From Tubiluchus corallicola (lineage: Eukaryota > Animalia > Priapulida), in NCBI GenBank assembly GCA_030141605.1, contig JAQGDQ010000062.1, positions 685,337 to 749,336 on the forward strand: DNA of 64,000 bases. The letters are read 5' to 3'. A model generated the notes under the pieces. It was not told the DNA's origin. It ran no database searches and was given only the letters and a program-made list of their open reading frames with translations. Both the position numbers and the translations under genes were made by a program. Within the stretch, counting starts at the first letter, position 1, and each line of letters begins with the position of its first letter. Below are positions 1-14,200 of this stretch, in pieces.

Positions 1-2270
1 AATGCATTAGAAATCATAAGAAACGTAAACCCAATAAAATACTCAGTTCAAAAGAAATTAGAATACCACTAAAGAAAAAAGTTAGTTAAAAAAGAATAGA
101 ATCCTTCTATTGACACAAAACGAAAAATGGATGTCTAGACAAAGAGAAAAATTGATAAATGAGTACATAGTGAATTGTGAAAAAGAAGCAAATTTTAGAG
201 AAGTAAAAAAGATATTGGAAGTCATAGAGCAAGAAAGTGGTGTGAAAGGTGGTGCTTTTTGGAAATATAAAAGAAAAGTGACTAAAAAGAAAAAAACAAG
301 ATGCAGAATTAAAGATGCTAATGATGTACTCCTATTATAATGCTAAAATTAAACTGGAATTCACAAAATTTTACCAAAAGTTACTATACAATGAAATAGA
401 GCCGCCTATGGAGGAGTATATTACCCAAGTAATTAAAGATATTGAAATAATCAATGAACTTAAAAAGGTTGATATAGAACCGATTACGGTTGAAGAAATT
501 GGACACGTAGTATCTCAGTTACATTTGCAGAAATCAGTTGATAATCAAGCCTGGGAAAACGAGATGCTGAAGTTTGCAGGCAGTGATTTATTACAAAGTG
601 TAAAAATGATGCTGAATGAAATTCTATTTCAGGAAATTATACCGGAAGAATGGATGAATATGACCTTGAAATCAATCTATAAGAACAAAGGTAACAGAAG
701 TGAATTAAAAAATAAAATAGGCATATTTCTAACAAGTAATATTTCAAAATTGTTTGTAAGAGTGATTTTGGAGCTAAATGAAGACATGTAACTCAAAAAT
801 AATCAGAAAGCCAACGTGGAAGCAAAAAAGGTAACGGTATTGTAGATCATTTGTTTATTCTTTATAGGTATATAGAATATAGTCTATATCACGGAAAACC
901 AGTTAAGTTAGTTTTTGTGGATGTGAAGAAGTGTTTTGATAAATTATGGCTAGAAGACTGTTTAGCAGATCTGTGGACCCTTGAATTACAAGAAAAGTAT
1001 ATCAGCATATTGTCCAAAATGAATAAGTGTGCAGATATAATAGCTGATACACCGTTGGAAATAACGGATAAATTTGAAGTTGGTAAGTTAGTCCGACAAG
1101 GAACAGTACGGGGACCTATTATGTGTTGTGTAAACTACGAAATAGTGTACTACTTTTAAACAGTGATGTTGGTATAACCCCTAGAATATATGTTGATGAC
1201 ATATTATGACTAGGTGATGAAAATAACATTAGTCAAGTTGTGTCAACCTGTAGAATACTAGAAGACTTAAAAAAGATGACATTTAGTAAATCAGAATCAC
1301 AATATATGACAGTGAACAAAGTTAAAGAAACACGCAGGACAGAAAAAAATGATTTGTTTGTAAAAAGTGCTTTTCTAGAAGAAACTTGTCAATATAAATA
1401 TTTAGGAGACTGTTACAGAAAAGGGAGATCATGCTATGAGCCTAAGTAAGAGGAGAAAAAGTAGCATACATGAAGAAAGGATTTTTGTTATGGAATAAAG
1501 AAAAACAAATTGGTACAGAGTGTATGAAAATAAGAATTCTTTTGTTTGAATCAGTAGTGTTACCATCATGAATACATAACACTGAAGCTTGGTGCCATCT
1601 AAATAATGCACAGTGGGATGAAATGGAAAGATGGCAGAAAGAAATGACATGTGCAATCTTAAACCAAACGAGTTCTACAAGTTATTGAGCCACTATCATG
1701 ATATTAAGCTTTTGGTGCATAAGAGAAAGAATACATTATAAACAATTAATGTTATTGCGAATGCTGCGTTTTTCTCCAAGGAAGAAAGACACGCAAAAAA
1801 GGTATTTTAACAATGTTGGAAACAGAAATTCCTGGAAGTTGGACTGAAAACATGAAAGAAACAGCAGAGTTGTATAAAATAGATATAAATGGGGAGAGAT
1901 TAAAACAGATAACCAAATCTAAATGGAAGCGAGAAATAAAAGTAGATATTAGTAAATATTTGGAGTATATTGCTAAAGAAAAGTGTGAGAAAAATGAAAA
2001 AACTGAGATTTATGGAAAATGCTACAGGAATGTGGAATAATCCAGTGGATTATGTAATTAAGTGTAACCAAAAAACAGTCTATGAAATAACAGAGAGGAA
2101 GTTGAATATGATTAAAGTGAAAACAAATTTTAAAAGTAAGTTTAAGAATGATCTGAATTGTTCTTTGTGTAAAATCCATGATGATACAATGGAACACTTA
2201 CTAATGTGTGAGAAAGCTATAAAGATATTGGGTGAAGAAGATATGGAGCTTGATTTAAAAACTTTCTAAA
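1..2270 (+). mobile_element. Decayed non-LTR retrotransposon (LINE) ORF2: reverse transcriptase plus C-terminal CCHC zinc knuckle; many stops and frameshifts
   Basis: Successive ORF fragments carry RT motifs in order: IPEEW..MTLKSIYKNKG (315-791), FVDVKKCFDKLW and VRQGTVRGP (851-1159), YVDD (~1189-1200), YKYLG (1240-1449), then CSLC..DTMEHLLMC (1970-2269). The 5' part probably extends beyond the window. Confidence 0.88.
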
Positions 2271-2528
2271 CAGAAAAATTAGTGGTGATCAACACCAGGA
2301 TACAGAAATCCTTAGTAATGAATGTTAGACTGAAAATGGGTTTAGAAATAGAAATTTAATATCATGTCTACTCCAGGTTCTGGGTACAGCGTGTTAAATG
2401 TAGAATTTTTAGCTCGCTATTAGGACTTTCACTTTTCTGCTATCCTTTTAGCCTACTAACGTAATTGTAGTAGAGAAGCCATTAATAGAGAGGCCAGTGT
2501 GAACCACCCTGAACCACCGCTATGACCA

Positions 2529-3785
2529 TCATCGTCATCGAATGAATCACACATCCAGTGACATGATTCTGCTCACCTCCCTATGCCAGGACTCCCTGCT
2601 CGCTGCAATGCCCCAAGTACATTTATTTCTAAAGATCAATGCTGAAGTGTTTAATTCTTTCTGTGCAAAATCTAAATATGTTAACATTTGTCCCCCTGCA
2701 GGTTTTTTAGCTTGTTCTATGGCTCGTTGAAAAGCTATCTTCACTGGAATATCATCAGGTTGTCTAAGCATATGCCCAATCCATCTTAAATGGCGTCTTT
2801 TTATTTTTCTTGTCCAAGGTTCTTTTGCTTTTTCATATAGATCTTTGTTTGAAATTTTCTTTGGCCATCTAATACCCAAAATATTTCTGTAATTTCACCT
2901 CTCAAACGTATCGATTTCAGCTTTATGAATTGCTTTTAATGTCCAGAGCTCAGAGTTATACAGAAATACAGTTTCAACTAAGAATGAGAATATTCTAATT
3001 TTTGTTTCCAAAGAAATCTTCCTATTCTCAAAAACTTTTGTGAGTTCTGAGTAAGCTGATAATGCCATTATCTTCCGTCTTGATATGTCGTGTTCTGTTG
3101 CCAGCAGACTACCGAGATACTTGCATCTTTGCCATGATTCCTCGCCATGGCGTGTTATGTGAAACTCTTCAGCTTTATTTTTGTTTACAACGAGATCCAT
3201 TCTGTTCAGTTTCTCCTCTATATTGAGTTTTTTTATTTCATCTACTTCTTCTTTGTTTCTTGTAATCCATGCCACATCATCAGCATACTGCATAGATATA
3301 GTAGTTCACTTACTTTGTAGAGAGCTGTAACTGTGTTCTTGTCTTACTTCATTCGGTATTAATTCAGGATCAAGAATTGTGTAGTTGTGATGTTCTACTT
3401 CTAGGTCTTTGAATGGTATAACTTTGTCCTCAGTGAGAGCTATGGTAAGATATAAAGTAAAAAGTACAGGGTTTAGGCAGTCACCCTAAGGTACTCCTCT
3501 GTTTGTAGAAAATGGCTGACTCAATTTCCCTTCACACCTGACTTGAATTAATAAATTTTCTAACACTATACTTGTGATGTATATTTCATCAGGTTCAAGG
3601 ATTTCTTCCAAACAGCATAACAGAGTTTTTCTCCGAACACAATCAAAGGCCTTTGACATATCGATCATGAGAATATATATTGAGTAATCAGCAGAAGAGA
3701 TGGCTTTTTCGGCTAGTAAATTACAAGCTTGTACTAATTCAGTAGTATTCCGTCCTGGTTGATATGCTGCTTGGCTTGTTGGAAT
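2529..3785 (-). mobile_element. 5'-truncated RTE-like non-LTR retrotransposon with 10-bp target-site duplication
   Basis: Minus-strand motifs QAAYQPGRNTTE, IDMSKAFD, GVP*GDCLNPVLF, QYADD, KYLGS, LYNSELW, LRWIGHMLR. 3' tail is a short (GAT)-type repeat at 2529-2540. Identical GCTATGACCA at 2519-2528 and 3786-3795. Confidence 0.92.
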
Positions 3786-3816
3786 GCTATGACCAATGGT
3801 TGGGCAGAAAACGCCT

Positions 3817-4780
3817 TGTAGGGAGCCGAGTGGACCACTGAGCCAAGTAGACCACTTCCGGTAAAACCGATGCGCTAAAAGTAGTGTCCTACATGGGTAG
3901 TCCAAGTAGGACACTAGCGATTTTTGTCGAGAATCGGTAATTTTGTCAAATTTTTGAAAATTCTGTGAAAGTTTCTTCATTTTATTTAAAATTGTGCTTG
4001 TTAGTTGAGTTGTCGTCAGTTTGGCGTCATGAAAACTTGCTTGACCAGGTGTTTAACTCAGCATGCAGTACGCAGGTATTGTTTTGCGATGACGTTGAAG
4101 AGAGAAATTCTGCACACAGTTATTACAGAAATAATTGCAAATTCAGAAATGAGACAGATGCTGCTAAGCCTTCACAACACCAAAAAGTAATTTTTAACAT
4201 TTAAGAAAAGCAAGGATAATTAGTTTTAATATTATCAGTAGTATTGTAACATGTAGGGCACTGTCCTACATGGCTCGCTAGCCCATGTAGGACACTGTCC
4301 TAGATGGCTCGTTAGCCCATGTAGGACACATAGATCGCTAGAACGTTTACTTATAAGAAAACAATTATTTGCCCAAAAGGTAGTGAAACGGATCACCTGT
4401 TTGTGAAGTGAGACAAAATCAAAAATGATATACCTTAAACAAATGTTGAATTCGCAAAAAAGTGGGTTTTTTTTCACTTCAACAACATTAATATCGAAAC
4501 CAAATTTAATGTTGTCCGTTCTACCAGCTCAGAATAAAATTCTTTTATTTTATTAGATGTATAATAAAATATTCAAAGTGTACTAATGTTTTTAATTATT
4601 ATTATTACATAAACAAGCACAACGGACGGTGTCAGTACACTTAACGACTCAATTCGCGACCTGTCTCTAGTGTCCTACTTGGGCAGCCCAAGTGACCGCC
4701 GTGTGAATGTGAAAATGTTTGAAATTTGTATAGTAGACCAATTGGTCTACTTGGCTCAGTGGTCTACTCGGCTCCCTACA
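3817..4780. mobile_element. Non-autonomous TIR DNA transposon (964 bp), TGT...ACA termini, 5-bp TSD; Ginger2/TDD-like by end structure
   Basis: 38-bp TIRs at 3817-3854 and 4743-4780 with 1 mismatch. CGCCT flanks both ends (3812-3816, 4781-4785). Internal GTGTCCTAC/GTAGGACAC inverted motifs at ~3885-3917, 4250-4330 and 4668-4695. No transposase. Superfamily is inferred from termini and TSD only. Confidence 0.88.
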
Positions 4781-5228
4781 CGCCTGTATGACTTTATCAA
4801 AGTATAGACGAGCGGTTTGTTAGTGAATTTCACATTTTTGCAAAGATTTCTGCGATTGAAAGGCATTTTGTTAATTGAACTTGCTTGATTAGGAAATGTT
4901 TATTAAAAGGCGGGTTGGTAATGGTTAACCAATCGAAATGAATGTCTCTTAATTTCACTTATTTTTAATTTAGGATTTTTAAGGAAAATTTAATTTAGAA
5001 AAACGGTACGCGACAGATGTCATTCACTCCAGTGACCAGGTGCACCTAGAACAGTGAGCGTCAGGCTGGTATCTGTAAAGTAGCGCGGACAACATTGAAA
5101 AACGTAGCAAACGCAATCGCGGCAATGCAGTAAATCCAGTGGTGATCATCAGATTTAACGTTTGGCAAATTGTTCTAGCAAGATCACTCTGCATTTCCGT
5201 GTGTACTTAATCATTTTACTTTAGAGAA

Positions 5229-8200
5229 ATGCTAGGGGAGCGTGATACACTTGCAAGTATTATGGCTGATGGTTCCAGCAGTTGGTGTCGAAACGGAAAT
5301 CTTGGTAATTTGTTCATTATCATTATCTACAGCACTTACTGAGAGCTATATTTTTTCCTACCATAACTATAACAACGACAAAAGTTGTAAAATATATTGC
5401 TGTTGTTAGCCAAATAATCTAAATTACGTAGGCTATGTAAATTTTTTACAACATCTCCAACCCTAAGCTAGAACCCAGATGAAAGATTTTTAGAAGCAAG
5501 TGGATATTGTTCCGATGATCGGAATCCCGAATTTGCAAGATATTGTTCCGATCATTGGAACTGCAACTTTACTGTGTTCAAGTTCGGATCATCAGAACTG
5601 CGGACTTTGCTGTGCACAAGTTCTGATCATAATAAAATTGAATTTGCTAATACCCTTCTGAATAAGTCTTGCTCGGAGCACCCAAGGTACTCCGAACAAG
5701 ACTTTTAATTGGAAAAACGGCTAACAGGAAATGCAGTAGTGCAATGCTCCCATCACGGACAACGAATGTATGTACGCACAAATCATGATGATATTTTTGT
5801 ACAAAAAAGCCATTGTGTATAGGTTTTTTCAAACTGAATTAAAAGAATGTGAAAATGTTTGAAATTTGTATAGTTACACCAGCTTTGCCTATACCTAACA
5901 AAGCATAGTAAAGCAGAGACCTGAAAATAGAAGTACCTATTAATACAGACAGTGCAGTATCGCGAGGAATAAAATTGTCTGGGAACAGAACATTGAGAAA
6001 CGGGTGGAAAGTTTAGGGTTCCATCAATTTATTTTATTTAAATATGCATTTCAGAAAATATAACTGGAAGAGAAATGATGAGAACAATGAGATTATAAAG
6101 GATTTATGTACTGAATAAGGGAGGAAAACTGTTATTTTCAGTTAAATTTTAGCCCATTTTGCAAGATGAATTAATTCATCAGTATTTATAGTAAACACCC
6201 TAGCATGAACATGTCTGCCTCTGGGTGATGCAGTTACAAAAATGTTTAATCCTCTGAAAAGTTTGTGTTTCTTTTTCGGATTTATTGACAGATTTCTCAA
6301 AGTAGAGAATACTGCTTTCAGACAAAATGTATACATACTTAGGTCAGAAAAGTGATATCAAATTTGGGAACATTATTAGTTCTTACTGCTTTATAATCAA
6401 AGAATACTGAGGCAGAGTCACATTTTTTTTACATAATACTGAAATTTAGTTGCCACAAAGTTTTGAAGTTAACTACATTAAATGCTTAATTTCACCTGAA
6501 AGAGAATTTTTTGTTCAATTAGAAAAAAAATTGATTTTATTAAAAAGTATTAAGTCACACTTGCTTTTCCGTGATTTCGAAAACACGCTTAGCCAGCATA
6601 ATTATTTTATATTGCCTCATTATTGTTTGTTTATCAGATGTCAGGCTACCCACAAACAGTAATATGCTGACTCTCAGTCCAATTAGCCTCGATTTTTGTT
6701 ACAAGCAGCAGAGCCAGCCTTTCCAAGTTGCCTACAGTGCATCTGCATGTTAAAGCTTAATTGAATCACTGAAGGTGGAGCTAAGCGAGATTGTATTTGT
6801 GTGTTTGATGTTTACTCAGCAATTTTTCCAAAAGCTTCTTATTTCCTTTTTTTTGTATTTCAAATTATTTTCTTAGATATCCACTTCGCTTAAACAGTTC
6901 TCGGAACATTAGCGCTGCTCTCTTTACTGCAAAGGCCTGTAAAGTGGGTAAAACTTCTGCTAGTTTCGTGATTATCGGAAATTTATCCTTCGGAAATGCG
7001 GTTCCAATCATCAGAACAATATCCACTTCGTTTTTAAAATCTGGAGGCTTGGTTTCCAAAAAAGAAAAAAATTGTTAAATTTCGGTTTAAATACACACTT
7101 TTTGTTGCTGTTTTACTTCATCAAAAGTAGTAAAGTTAAAGGTTGGTTAAGTCTTATAACATTTATCCACATGGTGAAACATTAAGCTATAGTTACCATA
7201 CTGGTGGTAACGAATTTTGCACAGTTGAGTTTTTGATCATATTTTTGCTAGGAGTAAGTACCTTATCTACATCCTAGTAATTTACACAGTTCTTACTCTA
7301 ACTGTAAAACAGCAGTGTAATATGGTACAACTATTATAGTTGTAAGGTAGAGCCTTATCAATTTCACCTGCAACCTAAGAGGTCAGATTAGGACCACAAG
7401 TCCTCATTTTTCAGCAAGCAATTCAGCTGGTGGGGCCCATTAGGGCGAAAGCTCTGGAATAAATATAATCTGCTTTTTGAGACTAAAAGGGTATTCATCT
7501 TTTTATTCATGTAGTAAATATGAGTAATTATAGTCAGGAGAGCACTCTCATATCGTATTTTTTTCAAGGTTTTTACATTGTATGTTATAATCTTATTTTA
7601 GAAAATGGATGCGAGTTGGTCAGTGTGCCTGCAAAAGATGGCAGATGTGTCTGGGTTACTATGGCAACATTCGATACAGAAGCTGTTCCTCCAGAGCTTT
7701 TGACCAGTAATCTAAGGGTAGGCCATGTTTATTTAGTACTTAGTGTGCCAAGCTTCCGAGAAGGTATTTTTATAATACATTTATTAAAATCTTTTAATCC
7801 AAAGATTAAATTACAGTACATTAAAAATAACTACGTTACATACCAAATTACATTACATGCACAGTATAAATTAAGCTAGATTAAAAATGGCAGTAGTAAA
7901 GTGTAACTAATCATATTATTAAAATCTTGATATTGCAAAAACATTTTAAAATGAAACAGTATAAATACAAATTATTGATGTTGAAAAGTGGGAAAACTAT
8001 GAAGCTATTTTTTAATTTTAATTTTTCATTTTTGAATTTTATTTGTGAAAGAATTGTGACCTGTGAAACAAGGTCCTTGAGAATTGTTGCTTTCAGTAAT
8101 TGTGTTTTTTTAAATTAAGCATGCAGAAGTAATACATTTCTGCTGGAAGTAGGGTGTTGTTCAATTTTGATTTTTGACGGTGAATATTAAAAGTATTACT

Positions 8201-11200
8201 TTATATAACCATGGAGTATTTTACTAATGTAATTGCGATGTAAAATATTGTATGGCAATAAAAGTGAAGATATTTGTAAAAAGTTTCTAGAAAAAGTGAA
8301 AGGTCAAGTTTGAAACATCCTGTATATTAAAACAAAGGTCAGTCTGTTTGTCAGATGTATTTTCAATGTTACTTTGTCTAGCCGTACAGTAACCCCCTTG
8401 TCCTTATACTGCACCAAAGTGGAAGTTCTTTGTTAAAAGGCCCAGTCTGGCCAAGTTTGTGAATTGAAAATGCACATTGGGTACATAACTGGCTTGAATT
8501 ATTCTGTGTTTAGGAGAGTGACTGTAAATTAAAAGGTTTATCCTATAGGTGTAGGAGTCCATCTGTGTGCTAGAGCAAAGCTACATGGAAATGCGGGTTG
8601 TGTTTAGTGATTTGTTTAGATTGTGTTTTTATTTGTGTATTTATTTGTTTTTCACTTTATTTTAACAGAAGAAATGTGACTACAATATTATTGTTTCTGT
8701 CAGTAATGAGGTTTCCAATGCGAAATGCCATAAAACCTAATTTCTCAATGTTATTGGAACTTGTTGTTCATTTCAGTTACCAGCACATGAGTACACAATG
8801 GCATTAGAGTTCCTTGTGAATGATTGTAGATTTACCTTATATTCTACGTGTTATCGACGTCTAATTCTGTCATGGTTGGCAGTCAGTGTCTTGATTCTCA
8901 TAATTATCTGTACAAGCGTCGCCGGAATGAAGTTATTTGCAGCTACAGTGATCTGGTTAATTTGCAATGCTGTTGGGATTATTATCACTCTTTATATCAA
9001 GAGATTTGTAAGTATTTATTTTCTTTTGCTACTGATATGAATCAGCTTTAGTTAAATTCAATCATGTTGTCTTGTACTAGTTCTTATCTACTACTTTAGG
9101 AAAGTTATTCTAGATGTTTCTACATGTTTCTGTATTTTTATGGCCAGCGCAATATAAACAAAACAATATGTTCTGGTGCCTTACTTCTTAAAAACCTTGA
9201 AGAAACTTGAATATTTCTGTACTTTTTGCAAGTTTGATATATCGTATATACTTATGTACAAGTCGAATTTTTGGGAGGCGATTTTAAGGTGAAATTTCTG
9301 GAGTCGACTTATACTACGATATGTTTTTGGGAGATGTCGCTAAAGAGTCGTCTACAATACGAATATGTAAAGAAATAATCCTTCATTATACACTGGACTG
9401 AATGAACACTCATACTGTGATACTTCACATTGGAGAATGTTCGCATCTTGACATTACTTCACAAGATGAACAAATGTTACTGTAATTTATTTTAATGTAT
9501 GTGAAATTAACTAAAATTTATATAATACCGGCAAATAAACTAGCGACGGAGCACTCGATCAGATCATGGAAATCGTCAATGTTGTGCAGGTGCTGCCGCC
9601 TGTTGGCCTTCGCGGGAAGTTTTACACTGGCCTTGTATATGCGTGTTTTATTGGCAAAATATCGATTACCAGCATACACGCGTATATAAAAGACAACTAC
9701 GCACAGGTATTAATTTTAGTAAATTATTTTTTTTCTTCAAATGGGAAGGTGATGAACCACAAGATTTAATTGCATCATTGTAAAATTAATACTGTTTACT
9801 CTGGAAGATCTTAATATTTTATGGTCGACTTGTATGCAGGTCGTATCAATATATAAAATGATGTAATTTTTGGTCTGAAAATGCACATCGACTTGTACAC
9901 ACGTATATATTTTTATATTATTATACTTTTTGTATTATGAATGTATATTCTAAATTAATGTGAATCATACTATTGTATACTGATAAAAGCCGTTTTTTTT
10001 ATAAAAGTTCCCCTAGAAACACAGTTAGTCTCGAAAAATAATAAGCTTATGTTTAAAAATGCAAAAATGAATGCAGGCACATTTAAACTTACGTAGTAAA
10101 ATAGTTTTATCTGTCAATGTTCTCCTTGGAGCAAGTGAAGTTGTAACGTAACTAGTAGGGAAACATTTTTCCAGTAATGAATTCCATAGATAAGAGGGCC
10201 GTGGGAAAAACTGGATTCATTACTGTTTCTAAATTTAGTATTGTCTAAAATAAAAATAATAGAAGTGCAGCGCGAGACAAGTGTCCTACTCCAAACCAAC
10301 TATTTGAGGAGAGACAGTTTAGCATATTCTGTGTAAGTATCCATAAGAGGTTTATATAATAACAGACATTCGATCTTTGCATTGCAAAAGTTGATGACAA
10401 ATCCGACATGATCAGTTTGTCACTGTTGTTTTGCAGTCTGTCAGGTAGATTAAGATAACATGATGTGGCTGCATGGTGAAAACTCAGTAAAACGGTTAGC
10501 AGATAAAATTATAAAGATAAGGCATTATAAACTGTATTTTTGGCACGGTTCAATGTTCTTACTTCTTAGGCACTTTTTGTTAGCTATTTCTCCCAACTAG
10601 GGTTAGAAATCTCAGAATACAGTTTGGGCTCAAGCAAACGAATGTGATTGCTCAGAAAGAGATTAGTAAGCCACGCCTTGCTACCAAAGCTGTAATATAA
10701 TAGCTCTGTCTTGTAAATTTTGTGCAATTGTGTCCATCGTTGTTTTACAGTTATTGTATAATGTATGCTATATTATATGATGTATATGCCAATAAAACAA
10801 TTTATTAGTGTGATGGTGAAAAAAGGACACAAGCCTCGTGTTCTAGAACTTAATGATAGTGTTAGGCTGTACTTACATTTAACAATTTTCAACTTGTACA
10901 TTCGAAACAATGACATGCAAAAACATTTGCTCATAATCAAGATTAAACTAAAATTATATCATAATGGTCAGTAATACTTGAATGTGTCTAGTATCTCAAG
11001 TATAATATCTAGTATTGCGTTGTTTGATATTCTTTGCTCATTTAATGACTGTAGTATGTATATACGTATAACACACTTGCATAATATCTATTGTATTATA
11101 GAAAATTCTATTAAAAGCACTTTATTTCATTACATGCTAATAGATGAAAAAATTTTGCGCGAAGTTGCATCTAATCAGCTAACTTTCTACATTTAGAAGT

Positions 11201-14200
11201 TTCTTTGTTACTCATTCTACATTTTTGACTTTTTTGTAGTTGGATAGAAACCTTGACCTGGCTGTAGCTGCAGCTAACCAAGTTTTACTGCCATACAATG
11301 TTTTGCTGTGCATGGAGGATTTTGGAAAGTTATCGTGCCATAAAATTTTTGTATCCTTGTACTACAATAACATGTTATTGTTTAATTGCAATATTAACTT
11401 AATAGACATGCCTTTACCTCAGTAATTTAATAATTCGTGTTAGAGAGTGAAAATCAGTACTGATAGTGATGTCATTGTTGAACAAACTGAATCTGCATTA
11501 AACTGTTCACATGTGTGCAATTTAAAACTAATTATTATAAAGTAATTTGACATACATTTAGAATAGCATCCAGCTGTTCCCCTTCAGGCTTGCTTGTCAT
11601 TGTGAGAAACTCTTACAAAAGTCTAATTTAATTAACTATGTTCAATTTAGCCTACTAGTGTGCCGATATAAATAATACTAGGTAAATTTAGGTACCATTA
11701 ATATGGCGAGGTAGGTGTGGAGAATTAACGGAATTGCTTCTTTGCTCCAATTGTTTTATCAATTTGAATTTTTTGTAAATAATTTTCTTTTCAAAATTCG
11801 TTATTCTCTAGTAGGATTCTTCCAACATTTTTACTTTTTCCTGAAAAAAGAATTTGAGTTTGATGTTTATGCTTAACTCGTTCATGCAGCTACACTTTTT
11901 CTATTATGACATTAGCGGATGTGTGGTAAGTGCTACTTTGCTTAAACTCCATAGTGCATTATAATATTACATATATATTTGTATAATGCCCACAATGCAC
12001 CACAAGCATCACATATACACTACACACACACACACAAACAAACATACCTATGCACACGCACGCACACACACACATATATACAGTTTGTGATCGGTGTACA
12101 TACATATACTTGTACCAGAACCACATTGCAAGGCCTGCGACCGTAAGTGCAATAAAAATATATAATTCTAAGTACTACATTAGTGAAAAAATCACAAATG
12201 TTTGAAGTTATCAGATGCCGGTTCGCTTATTATGGTTTTCTTTGAAAACAAAACAGAACCAATTATTTCCGCAAAAAGATTTAAAAATTGGATGGTCTTA
12301 AACAAAATTTATGTCAATGAAGAATAAAGATACATTCGATATATGAAGTGGAAAATTTGAATGAGAATATTTGTGGTTAATCAGTAAAATTGTACATTCA
12401 ACTTGCTATGTTACTGAAGACAAATGAAATATTTTTAGTGCAGGTATAATGTTGTCAAACTTTCTAGCTTCAATTACAAGCCATGTAGCACTGTTTTACA
12501 CATGCTGTAATCTGCAAACCATACAAAGTAGAAGTGAGTAGTAAACAGTTGGAAAATTGTAAGGTGTGAGGCAGCAAAAATGCTCCCAATTCCTCCACAA
12601 ACGCTCGACCAACTGCAGCAGAAGGCAGTGTGTAACATGTTGGTTGATTAATTTAACATTTTTGCCCAAGCACACCTTCATAATTGCCATTTAATTATGA
12701 GATCCTTATAACTATTAACATTAATATTTTTTTGTTTAAGCACAAAATCAGTACACTGCTAGCTGAACAGGAAAAGAGGAAGAAATCTGCAAAACAAAGA
12801 AAAGATTTGGCTTCCGGAAAGTCTTTGAAAGAAACTGTGAGCAAAAAACTTTATATAAATCTTATAATATTTATTCTTCACAGACTTTCTTGTTAGCCTT
12901 TAGAAGTACTTCCGTATTTATTTTCTTTTTTCTTATCTTTTTAAGTAGCTATACTGTTTGATTTTTCTTGTTTGCCATTTTATTGAATATAAAAATTATA
13001 TAATTTATTTCATGCGTAATAAAGATACATTACACAAAATCGCATGATAATCATAAATAAATAGTTAAATGGGTTCATCGGTCGTCATACAATTTGAGAA
13101 GCATATTAATTCGTTACGATTGAGCGTTAAAAGTTTGCCTTTCAAGGATGAAATAATATCTAATGCATGTATAACAGATTACTTTTGAATTTACTTTCTT
13201 ACTTTTGATAGAAATTGAATGTATCGTCTAGTTTTTAATATTAACTTATGCATCATAAAGCTGTTTATTTGCAGTCTTGCTATTCCATTTGGCATTTCTC
13301 ACTGTTATTCTGAACTTGAGCATATGGCAATAAGTGCTTGAGTGTGTCATGTTGTATAAAAGGGGTCACATAATGCAACTCACTATTACTCAAGTTCTGT
13401 TTGATTTTTAGATTATTAGAAAAAACATGTTTGAATTTGAATGTAAAGACTAGAAAGGGCTTAGTTTTACATAAAAATCCAAGTTTATGTACTGTATTTT
13501 CAAATTCTCAATGCATAATTATATTTATTTCAATAACATTTGTATGAAAGTTATGACTAAATGATTACTGTTTGCACCATATTCATACAGTGTAGTTACA
13601 TCTAGAAAACATGCATTTTTCATCATATTATTAGTATTTAATAGTAATGTACTATAGATACGATGCTCTACTCTTAATTTAATGTAATACAGGACACTAT
13701 TGAACAAGGCACACTGCCCACAGTAACTAGAAATTCACTAGTAACAAACCAGACAGATGAATGTGATCTGAATATGGTAGCTGGATCAGCTGTTGTTCCA
13801 ATTGAAATCGACACGGATGTTATACTCGATGAAGCAAATGCTGATATTCCATCCTCATCGAAGCCAAGCATTCGGGTTTGTTGCTTTTATCTCTTTAGGT
13901 CTTTATATTAACTTTGTAGCCGCAATGTTAAATGCGTAAATGTGTATATTAGTAGAATTTTTTCCCTGCAAATATTGGGGCTGCACTATTATTACTATTA
14001 TTATTTATAATAGTATAAAACAAAGATTTATTATTATCTCTCTTGCTCCTTCCCTACCTCCCTCCCCCCCTCTCTCTCATTTCCATCTTCTTTTCCCCTC
14101 TCTGTTTTGTTTCTCACCATTTCCCTGACTTATATCCTTTCTTTCTCACCCCCTCTCTCCGTTGCTTGCTGCTTGTATGTGTACTAAACAGTAACATACA

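Noticed and set aside
3786-3980. N-terminal part of the 164-aa ORF 3486-3980 as LINE protein
   Set aside because: It runs past the TSD into flank and the TIR element; only 3785 and below is LINE-derived.
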